DNA of 63,493 bases from Malacoraja senta. Its lineage: Eukaryota. The stretch's first letter is position 1, and every line of letters begins with the position of its first letter. Shown piece by piece: positions 20,601-31,938 of this stretch. A model generated the notes under the pieces. That model saw only the letters and a list, made by a program, of their open reading frames with translations, made no database searches and was not told the DNA's origin. The DNA is taken from assembly GCA_038087875.1 (NCBI GenBank), contig JAXLNO010002817.1, positions 508 through 64,000 of the forward strand, written 5' to 3'. The position numbers and the translations under genes were made by a program.

Positions 20601-23600
20601 CAAAAGGTTTGGTTAAAATTGAAAATAATTGGATTAAAAATGCAAATGGTGGTTTGATTTGAAATTGCAAATGGTTGTTTGGTGTGAAAATGCAAATGAT
20701 GGTTTGGTTTGAAAATGCAAACGGTTTGCTTTGAAAAGGCAAAGGTTTGCTTTGAAAATGCAAAAAGTTTGCTTTGAAAATACGAAAGATTTGCATTGAA
20801 AATTCAAAAGGTGGTTTGCTTTGAAAATGCAAAAGGTGGTTTGGTTTGAAAAAGCAATGGTGGTTTGGTTTGAAAATGCATTTGGTAGTTTGGTTTGAAA
20901 ATGTAAATGGTGGTTTGGTTTGAAAATGCAAATGGTGGTTTGGTGTGAAAAAGCAAATGATGGATTGGTTTGAAAATGCAAAAGGTTTGCTTTGAAAAGG
21001 CAAAAGGTTTGCTTTGAAAATGCAAATGGTTTGCTTTGAAAATGCAAAAGATTTGCTTTGAAAATTCAAAAGGTTACTTGCTTTCAAAATGCAAACGGTG
21101 ATTTAGTTTGAAATTGCAAATGTTGATTTTGTTTGAAAATGCAAATGGTGCTTTGGTTTGAAAATGCAAATGGTGGTTTGGTTTGAAAATGCAAATGGTG
21201 GTTTGGTTTGAAAAAGCAATGGTGCTTTGGTTTGAAAATGCATTTGGTAGTTTGGTTTGAAAATGTAAATGGTGGTTTGGTTTGAAAATGCAAATGGTGG
21301 TTTGGTGTGAAAATGCAAATGGTGGTTTGGTGTGAAAATTGAAATGGTGGTTTGGTTTGAAAATGCAAAAGGTTTGGATTGAAAATGGAAAAGGATTGGA
21401 TTAAAAATGCAAATGATGGTTTGGTTTGAAATTGCAAATGGTAGTTTGGTGTGAAAATGCAAATGATGGATTGGTTTGAAAAGGCAAAAGGTTTGCTTTG
21501 AAAAAGCAAAAGGTTTGCTTTGAAAATGCGAAAGACTTGCTTTGAAAATTCAAAAGGTTGTTTGCTTTGAAAATGCAAACGGTGATTTAGTTTGAAAATG
21601 GAAATGGTGCTTTTGTTTGAAAATGAAAATGGTGCTTTGGTTTGAAAATGCAAATGGTGGTTTGGATTGAAAATGCTAATGGTTTGGTATGAAAATGCAA
21701 AAGGTTTGCCTTGAACATGCAAATGGTGATTTGGCTTGAAAATGCAAATAGTGGTTTGGTTTGAAAATGCTAATGGTGATTTGGATTGAAAATGCAAATG
21801 ATGGTTTGAAAATGCAAAAGGTTCTGTTTGAATATGCAAATGGTGGTTTGGTTTGAAAATGCAAATGGTGATTTGGTTTGAAAATGCAAAAGGTTTGCTT
21901 TGAAAATGCAAAAGGTTTGCTTTGAAAATGCAAAAGGTTTGCTTTGAAAAATGGAAATTAACGTTTGCTTTGAAAATGAAAATGGTGGTTTGGTTTTAAA
22001 ATGCAAATGGTGGTTTAGTTTGAAAATACAAATGGTGGTATGGTTTGAAAATGCAAATGGTTGATGGGTTTGAAAATGCAAAAGGTTTCGTTTGAAAATG
22101 CAAAAGTTTTGGTTAAAATGGAAAATAATTGGATTAAAAATGCAAATGGTGGTTTGATTTGAAATTGCAAATGGTTGTTTGGTGTGAAAATGCAAATGAT
22201 GGTTTGGTTTGAAAATGCAAACGGTTTGCTTTGAAAAGGCAAAGGTTTGCTTTGAAAATGCAAAAAGTTTGCTTTGAAAATACGAAAGATTTGCATTGAA
22301 AATTCAAAAGGTGGTTTGCTTTGAAAATGCAAAAGGTGGTTTTGTTTGAAAATGCAAATGGTGATTTTGTTTGAATAAGCAAATGGTGCTTTGGTTTGAA
22401 AATGCAAAAGGTGGTTTGGTTTGTAAATGCAAACGATTTGCTTTGAAAATGCAAAACGTTTGCTTTGAAAATGCAAAAGGTTTGCTTTGAAAATGGAAAA
22501 AGTGGTTTGCTTTCAAAATGCAAAAGGTGGTTTGGTTTGAAAATACAAAAATGCAAAAGGTTTGCTTTTAAAATACAAAAGGTTTGCTTTAAAAATGTAA
22601 AAGGTAGTTTGTTTTGAAAACACCAAAGGTGGTTTGGTTTGAAAATGCAAATGGTGATTTTGTTTGAAAATGCAAATGGTGCTTTGGTTTGAAATGCTAT
22701 TGGTGGTTTGGTTTGAAAATGCAAAAGGTTTGGTTTGAAAGTGCAAAAGGTTTGGTATGAAAATGCAAAATGCTTGCTTTGAAAATGCAAAAGGTCTGCT
22801 TTGAAAAAGCAAATTGTGGTTAGGTTTAAAAATGCAAATGGTGGTTTGGTTTCAAAATGCAAATGGTGGTTTTGTTTGAAAATGCAAATGTTGGATTGGT
22901 TTGAAAATGCAATAGGAGGTTTGGTTTGAAAATGTAAATTATGGTTTGATTTGGAAATACAAAAGTTGGTTTTGTTTGAAAATGCAAAAGGTTTGCTTTG
23001 GTAATGCAAAAGGTTTGATTTGGAAATGCAAAAGATTTACTTTGAAAATGCAAAAGGTGCTTTAATTTGAAAATGCAAAAGGTGGTTTGCTATCAAAATG
23101 CAAAAGTTGGTTTGCTATCAAAATGCAAAAGATGGTTTGCTATGAAAACTGCAAAAGGTTATTTGCTTTGAAAATGCAAAAGGTTTGCTTTGAAAATGCA
23201 AATGGTGGTTCGGTTTGAAAATGCAAAGGGTTTGGTTTGAAAATGGAAAAGGATTGGATTAAAAATGCAAATGGTGGTTTGGATTGAAATTGCAAATGGT
23301 GGTTTGGTGTGAAAATGCATATGGTGGATTGGTTTAAAAACGTTAATGGTGGTTAGGTATGTAAATGCAAATGGTGATTTTGTTTGAAAATGCAAATGTG
23401 CTTTGGTTTGAGCATCCAAATGGTGGTTTGGTTTGAACAAGCAAAAGGTTTGGTTTGAAAGTGCAAAGGGTTTGGTATGAAAATGCAAAAGGCTTGCTTT
23501 GAAAATGCAAAAGGATTGCTTTGAAAATGCAAATGGTGGTTACGTTTAAAAATGCAAATGGTGGTTTGGTTTCAATATGCAACGGGTGGTTTGGTTTGAA

Positions 23601-26600
23601 AATGCAAAAGGTAGTTTGGTTTGAAAATGCAATAGGAGGTTTGGTTTGAAAATGTAAATGGTGGTATGATTTGGAAATGCAAAAGGTGGTTTGGTTTGAA
23701 AATGCAAAAGGTTTGCTTTCAAAATACAAAAGCATTTGTTTTGAAAATGCAAAAGATTTGCTTTGAAAATGCAAAAGGTTTGCTTTGAAAATGCAATAGG
23801 TTTGCTTTGAAAAATGGAAATTAAGGTTTGCTTTGAAAATGAAAATGGTGGTTTGGTTTGAAAATGCAAATGGTGGTTTTGTTTGAAAATGTAAATGGTG
23901 GTTTAGTTTGAAAATGCAAATGGTGGTTTGGATTGAAAATGCTAAAGGTTTGCTTTGAAAAGGCAAAAGGTTTGCTTTGAAAATGCAAAAGGTTTGCTTT
24001 GAAAATGCGAAAGATTTGCTTTGAAAATGCAAAAGGTTGTTTGCTTTGAAAATGCAAACGGTGATGTTTGAAAATGCAAATGGTGCTTTTGTTTGAAAAT
24101 GAAAATGGTGCTTTGGTTTGAAAATGCAAATGGTGGTTTGGATTGAAAATGCTAAAGGTTTGGTATGAAAATGCAAAAGGTTTGCCTTGAACATGCAAAT
24201 GGTGATTTGGCTTGAAAATGCAAATGGTGGTTTGGTTTGAAAATGCTAATGGTGGTTTGGATTGAAAATGCAATTGATGGTTTGAAAATGCAAAAGGTTC
24301 TGTTTGAATATGCAAATGGTGGTTTGGTTTGAAACTGCAAATGGTGATTTGGTTTGAAAATGCAAAAGGTTTGCTTTGAAAATGCAAACGGTTTGATTTG
24401 AAAAATGCAAATGAAGGTTTGCTTTGAAAATGCAAATAAAGGTTGGCTTTGAAAATGAAAATGGTGGTTTGGTTTGAAAATGCAAATGGTGGTTTGTATT
24501 GAAAATGCAAAAGGTTTCGTTTGTAAATGCAAAAGGTTTGCTTTGAAAATGGAAATGGATTGGATTAAAACTGCAAATGGAGGTTTGATTTGAAATTGCA
24601 AATGGTGGTTCCGTGTGAAAATGCAAATGATGGTTTGGTTTGAAAATGCAAAAGTTTTCTTTGAAAAGGCAAAAGGTGTGCTTTTAAAATGCAAGTTTTG
24701 CTTTGAAAATGCAAATGAAGGTTTGCTTTGAAAATGCAAATGGTGGTTTGGTTTGAAAATGCAAATGGTGGTTTCGTTTGAAAATGTAAACGGTGGTTTG
24801 GTTTGAAAATGCAAATGGTGGTTTGAAAATGCAAAAGGTTTGGTTTGGTATGCAAATGGTTTGCTTTGAAAATGCAAAAGTTTGCATTGAAAATATGAAA
24901 GATTTGCTTTGAAAATGCAAATGGTGATTTTGTTTGAAAATGCAAATGGTGCTTTGGTTTGAAAATGCAAATGCTGGTTTGGTTTGAAAAAGCAAATGGT
25001 GGTTTGGTTTGAAAATGCATTTCGTGGTTTGGTTTGAAAATGTAAATGGTGGTTTCGTTGGAAAATGCAAATGGTGGTTTGGTGTGACAATGCAAATGGT
25101 GGTTTGGTTTGAAAATTGAAATGGTGGTTTTGTTTGAAAATGCAAAAGGTTTGGTTTGAAAATGGAAAAGGATTGGATTAAAAATTCAAATGGTGGTTTG
25201 GTTTGAAATTGCAAATGGTGGTTTGGTGTGAAAATGCAAATGATGGATTGGTTTTTAAAATGCAAAAGGTTTGCTTTGAAAAGGCAAAAGGTTTGGTTTG
25301 AAAATGCAAAAGGTTTGCTTTGAAAATGCGAAAGATTTGCTTTGAAAATTCAAAAGGTTGCTTGCTTTGAAAATGCAAACGGTGATTTAGTTTCAAAATG
25401 CAAATGGTGATTTTGTTTGAAAATGCAAATGGTGCTTTGGTTTGAAAATGCAAATGGTGGTTTGGTTTGAAAATGCAAATGGTGGTTTGGTTTGAAAAAG
25501 CAATGGTGGTTTGGTTTGAAAATGCATTTGGTAGTTTGGTTTGAAAATGTAAATGGTGGTTTCGTTTTAAAATGCAAATGGTGGTTTGGTGTGAAAATGC
25601 AAATGGTGGTTTGGTTTGAAAATTGAAATGGTGGTTTGGTTTGAAAATGCAAAAGGTTTGGATTGAAAATGGAAAAGGATTGGATTAAAAATGCAAATGG
25701 TGGTTTGGTTTGAAATTGCAAATGTTAGTTTGGTGTGAAAATGCAAATGATGGATTGGTTTGAAAATGCAAAAGGTTTGCTTTGAAAAGGCAAAAGGTTT
25801 GCTTTGAAAATGCGAAAGATTTGCTTTGAAAATTCAAAAGGTTGTTTGCTTTGAAAATGCAAACGGTGATTTAGTTTGAAAATGGAAATGGTGCTTTTGT
25901 TTAAAAATGAAAATGGTGCTTTGGTTTGAAAATGCAAATGGTGGTTTGGATTGAAAATGCTAAAGGTTTGGTATGAAAATGCAAAAGGTTTGCCTTGAAC
26001 ATGCAAATGGTGATTTGGCTTGAAAATGCAAATGGTGGTTTGGTTTGAAAATGCTAATGGTGATTTGGATTGAAAATGCAAATGATGGTTTGAAAATACA
26101 AAAGGTTCTGTTTGAATATGCAAATGGTGGTTTGGTTTGAAAATGCAAATGGTGATTTGGTTTGAAAATGCAAAAGGTTTGCTTTGAAAATGCAAAAGGT
26201 TTGCTTTGAAAAATGGAAATGAACGTTTGCTTTGAAAATGTAAATGGTGGTTTAGTTTGAAAATACAAATGGTGGTTTGGTTTGAAATTGCAAATGGTGG
26301 TTTGATGTGAAAATGCAAATGGTGGTTTGGTGTGAAAATGCAAATGATGGTTTGGTTTGAAAATACAAATGGTGGTTTTGTTTTAAAATGCATTTGGTGG
26401 TTTGGTTTGAAAATGCAAATGGTGGTTTGAAAATGCAAAACGTTTGGCTTGAATATGCAAATGGTGGTTTGGTTTGAAAATGCAAAACGTGGTTTGGTTT
26501 GAAAATGCAAAAGGTTTGCTTTGAAAAAATGCAAATGAAGGTTTGCTTTGAAAATGAAAATGGTGGTTTGGTTTTAAAATGCAAATGGTGGTTTGGTTTG

Positions 26601-28747
26601 AAAATGTAAATGGTGGTTTAGTTTGAAAATACAAATGGTGGTATGGTTTGAAAATGCAAATGGTTGATGGTTTTGAAAATGCAAATGGTGGTTTTGTTTG
26701 AAAATTCAAAAGGTTTCGTTTGAAAATGCAAAAGGTTTGGCTAAAATGGAAAATAATTGGATTAAAAATGCAAATGGTGGTTTGATTTGAAATTGCAAAT
26801 GGTGGTTTGGTGTGAAAATTCAAATGATGGTTTGGTTTGAAAATGAAAATGGTTTGCTTTGAAAAGGCAAAGGTTTGCTTTGAAAATGCAAAATGTTTGC
26901 TTTGAAAATACGAAAGTTTGCATTGGAAATTCAAAAGGTGGTTTGCTTTGAAAATGCAAAAGGTGGTTTTGTTTGAAAATGCAAATGGTGATTTTGTTTG
27001 AATAAGCAAATGGTGCTTTGGTTTGAAAATGCAAAAGTTGGTTCGGTTTGTAAATGCAAACGATTTGCTTTGAAAATGCAAAACGTTTGCTTTGAAAATG
27101 CAAAAGGTTTGCTTTGAAAATGGAAAAAGTGGTTTGCTTTCAAAATGCAAAAGGTGGTTTGGTTTGAAAATACCAAAATGCAAAAGGTTTGCTTTGAAAA
27201 TACAAAAGGTTTGCTTTGAAAATGTAAAAGGTAGTTTGTTTTGAAAACACCAAAGCTGGTTTGGTTTGAAAATGCAAATGGTGATTTTGTTTGAAAATGC
27301 AAATGGTGCTTTGGTTTGAAATGCTATTGGTGGTTTGGTTTGAAAATGCAAAAGGTTTGGTTTGAAAGTGCAAAAGGTTTGGTATGAAAATGCAAAATGC
27401 TTGCTTTGAAAATGCAAATTGTGGTTAGGTTTAAAAATGCAAATGGTGGTTTGGTTTCAAAATGCAAATGGTGGTTTTGTTTGAAAATGCAAATGTTGGA
27501 TTGGTTTGAAAATGCAATAGGAGGTTTGGTTTGAAAATGTAAATGATGGTTTAATTTGGAAATACAAAAGTTGGTTTTGTTTGAAAATGCAAAAGGTTTG
27601 CTTTGATAATGCAAAAGGTTTGATTTGGAAATGCAAAAGATTTGCTTTGAAAATGCAAAAGGTGGTTTGATTTGAAAATGCAAAAGGTGGTTTGCTATCA
27701 AAATGCAAAAGTTGGTTTGCTATCAAAATGCAAAACATGGTTTGCTATGAAAACTGCAAAAGGTTGTTTGCTTTGAAAATGCAAAAGGTTTGCTTTGAAA
27801 ATGCAAATGGTTGTTCGGTTTGAAAATGCAAATGGTTTTGTTTGAAAATGGAAAAGGATTGGATTAAAAATGCAAATGGTGGTTTGGATTGAAATTGCAA
27901 ATGGTGGTTTGGTGTGAAAATGCATATGGTGGATTGGTTTCAAAACGTTAATGGTGGTTACGTATGTAAATGCAAATGGTGATTTTGTTTGAAAATGCAA
28001 ATGTGCTTTGGTTTGAGCATCCAAATGGTGGTTTGGTTTGAACATGCAAAAGGTTTGGTTTGAAAGTGCAAATGGTTTGGTATGAAAATGCAAAAGGCTT
28101 GCTTTGAAAATACGAAAGGATTGCTTTGAAAATGCAAATGGTGGTTAGGTTTAAAAATGCAAATGGTGGTTTGGTTTCAATATACAACGGGTGGTTTGGT
28201 TTGAAAATGCAAAAGGTAGTTTGGTTTGAAAATGCAATAGGAGGTTTGGTTTAAAAATGTAAATGGTGGCTTGATTTGGAAATGCAAAAGGTGGTTTGGT
28301 TTGAAAATGCAAAAGTTTGCTTTCAAAATGCAAATGCATTTGCTTTGAAAATGCAAAAGATTTGCTTTGAAAATGCAAAAGATTTGCTTTGAAAATGCAA
28401 AAGGTGGTTTGATTTAAAAATGCAAAAGGTGGTTTGGTTTGAAAATGCAAATGGAAGTTTGGTTTAGAAATGCAAAAGTTGGTTTGGTTTGAAAATGCAA
28501 AAGGTTCGCTTTCAAAATGCAAAAGGTGATTTGCTTTGAAAATGCAAAAGGTGGTTTGCTTTGAAGATGCAAATGGTGGTTTGGTTTATGCAAACGGTGG
28601 TTTGCTTTGAAAATGCAAAAGGTGGTTTGCTTTGACAATGCAAAATGTGGTTTGCTTTGAAAATGCAAAAGGTGGTTTCCTTTGAAAATGCAAAAGGTGG
28701 TTTGATTTGAAAATGCAAAAAGTGGTTTGCTTTGAAAATGCAAAAGG
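17673..28747. repeat. Satellite array, left block (about 11 kb; 22/25-bp monomers)
   Basis: Units GAAAATGCAAATGGTGGTTTGGTTT (25 bp) and GAAAATGCAAAAGGTTTGCTTT (22 bp) plus variants, uninterrupted and in one orientation. Confidence 0.97.
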
Positions 28748-28843
28748 GAACTTCCGGTGGCACTATGGAGTAACAGAGACTCGCACCGTCTAGTTCCACA
28801 CAAAAAATTGCTTGAAAACGGGAGAAAAGAACGGGACTGACCT
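28748..28843 (+). mobile_element. Probable L1 5' end inserted in the satellite
   Basis: (ga)ACTTCCGGTGGCACTATGGAG is near-identical to the start of the element at 62475. L1 3' half lies downstream in the same orientation. Confidence 0.55.
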
Positions 28844-31470
28844 GTAGAAACATAGAAACATAGAAACATAGAAAATAGGTGCAGGAGTAGGCCATTCGGC
28901 CCTTCGAGTCTGCACCGCCATTCAATATGATCATGGCTGATCATCCAACTCAGTATCCCGTACCTGCCTTCTCTCCATACCCCCTGATCCCCTTAGCCAC
29001 AAGGGCCACATCTAACTCCCTCTTAAATATAGCCAATGAACTGGCCTCAACCACCCTCTGTGGCAGAGAGTTCCAGAGATTCACCACTCTCTGTGTGAAA
29101 AGGTTTTTCCTCATCTCGGTCTTAAAGGATTTCCCCCTTATCCTTAAGCTGTGACCCCTTGTCCTGGACTTCCCCAACATCGGGAACAATCTTCCTGCAT
29201 CTAGCCTGTCCAACCCCATAAGAATTTTGTACGTTTCTATATGATCCCCTCTCAATCTCCTAAATTCTAGCGAGTCTAAGCCAAGTCTATCCAGTCTTTC
29301 TTCATATGAAAGTCCTGACATCCCAGGAATCAGTCTGGTGAACCTTCTCTGCACTCCCTCTATGGCTATAATGTCCTTCCTCAGATTTGGAGACCAAAAC
29401 TGTACGCAATACTCCAGGTGTGGTCTCACCAAGACCCTGTACAACTGCAGTAGAACCTCCCTGCTCCTATACTCAAATCCTCTTTCTATGAAGGCCAACA
29501 TACCATTCGCTTTCTTCACTGCCTGCTGCACCTTTATGCCTACTTTCAATGACTGGTGTACCATGACACCCAGGTCTCGCTGCATCTCCCCATTTCCTAA
29601 TCGGCCACCATTTAGATAATAGTCTGCCTTCCCGTTTTTGCCACCAAAGTGGATAACCTCACATTTATCCACATTATACTGCATCTGCCAAACATTTGCC
29701 CACTCACCCAGCCTTTCCAAGTCACCTTGCAGTTTCCTAGCACCCTCCTCACAGCTAACACTGCCCCCCAGCTTAGCGTCATCCGCAAACGTGGAGATGT
29801 TGCTTTCAATTCCCTCGTCCAGATCATTAATATAAATTGTAAATAGCTGGGGTCCCAGCACTGAGCCTTGCGGTACCCCACTAGTCACTGCCTGCCATTG
29901 TTAAAAGGACCCTTTTACTCCTACTCTTTGCTTCCTGTTTGCCAGCCAGTTCTCTATCCACATCAATACTGAACCCCCAATACCGTGTGATTTAAGTTTG
30001 TATCCTAATCTCTTATGTGGTACCTTGTCGAAAGCCTTCTGAAAGTCCAGATACAACACATCCACTGGTTCTCCCCTATCCACTATACTAGTTACAGCCT
30101 CGAAAAATTCTATAAGATTCGTCAGACACGATTTACCTTTCGTAAATCCATGCTGACTTTGTCCAATGATTTCACCACTTTCCAAATGTGCTGCTATCCC
30201 ATCTTTAATAACTGACTCTAGCAGTTTCCCCACTACCGATGTTAGACTAACTGGTCTGTAATTCCCCGTTTTCTCTCTCCCTCCCTTCTTAAAAAGTGGG
30301 GTTACGTTTGCTACCCTCCAATCCTCAGGAACTACTCCAGAATCTAAAGAGTTTTGAAAAATTATCACTAATGGATCCACTATTTCTGGAGCTACTTCCT
30401 TAAGTACTCTGGGATGCAGCCTATCTGGCCCTGGTGATTTATCGGCCTTTAATCCATTCAATTTACCCAACACCACTTCTCGACTAACCTGGATTTCACT
30501 CAGTTCCTCCATCTCCTTTGACCCGCGGCCCCCTGCTATTTCGGCAGATTATTTATGTCTTCCTTAGTGAAGACGGAACCAAAGTAGTTATTCAATTGGT
30601 CCGCCATATCATTGTTCCCCATGATCAATTCACCTGTTTCTGACTACGAGGGACCTACATTTGTTTTAACTAATCTCTTTCTCTTCACATATCTATAAAA
30701 ACTTTTGCAGTCAGTTTTTATGTTCCCTGCCAGTTTCATTTCATAATCTATTTTCCCTTGCCTAATTAAGCCCTTTGTCCTCCTCTGCTGGTCTCTGAAT
30801 ATCTCCCATATTCTGAATATCTCCCATATTTCTGGCTAATTTGTACGCATCATCTTTTGCTTTGATACTATCCCTGATTTCCCTTGTTATCCACGGATGC
30901 ACTACCTTCCCTGATTTATTCTTTTGCCAAATTGGGATGAACAATTTTTGTAGTTCATCCATGCAGTCTTTAAATGCCTTCCATTGCATATCCACCGTCA
31001 ACCCTTTTAGAACTAATTGCCAGTCAATCTTGGCCAATTCACGTCTCATACCCTCAAAGTTACATTTCTTTAAGTTCAGAACCCTTGTTTCTGAATTAAC
31101 AATGTCACTCTCCATCCTAATGAAGAACTCAACCATATTATGGTCACTCTTGCCCAAGGGGCCACGCACAACAAGACTGCTATCTAACCCTTCCTCATTA
31201 CTCAATAACCAGTCTAGAATAGCCTGCTCTCTCGTTGGTTTCTCTACATGTTGGTTTAGAAAACTATCCCGCATACATTCCAATAAATCATCTTCCTCAG
31301 TACCCCTGCCACTTTGATTCACCCAATCTATATGAAGATTGAATTATAACTGTTATACCTTTGTTGCAGGCATTTCTAATTTCCTGTTTGATGCCATCCC
31401 CAACTCCACTCCTGCTGTTAGGTGGCCTGTACACAACTCCCACTAGGGCTTTCTGCCCCTTAGTGTTTCG
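28844..31470 (-). mobile_element. CR1 LINE, 5'-truncated, relatively young
   Basis: The RT is nearly open: ORFs 29901-30512 and 28950-29888 are in one frame separated by a stop, with an endonuclease C-terminal part in 30762-31322. (catagaaa)3 tail. Close relative of 15312-17130. Confidence 0.95.
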
Positions 31471-31938
31471 GATATATATCCCATTTTTTGTTTAAAGTCG
31501 ATTCCATTGTTACAAGCTTAATTGGGAATATACGAATCATATAATAAGTAAAAAACATCTATGTAAATCAAAGACAAATGGAGGTTTAGCTATACCAAAT
31601 GTTTTGTTTTACTTTTGGGCAGTCCATATTAAAAACATGAATTTCTGGCTGGAAGAAATGGATCAGCAACCAAATTGGTTAAGGATGGAAAAGGAAGACT
31701 GTTTGCCTTTTGAAATTGGTTCGATTATGTTTGCTCCCACAAAACTGCACAAAAAAACCTATAGGGAAAACCCTATAATATACAGTGGTATACGAATCTG
31801 GAAACAATTAAAAAAGACTTAAAAATTGGAATATATATCACTCTGTTTCCCCATTGTAAACAACCCTTTATTTTAACCCATCATATTGGATAAAGGTTTT
31901 ACCCAATGGAAAAAATGATGGAATTAAAAAGATGGGAC

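Noticed and set aside
28414-28944. 176-aa and 140-aa ORFs at the island edge
   Set aside because: Chimeric read-through of CR1 3' UTR, L1 5' end and satellite.
30797-30835. 18-bp tandem duplication (NMGDIQ twice) in CR1
   Set aside because: Private slippage or deletion scar in a dead element.
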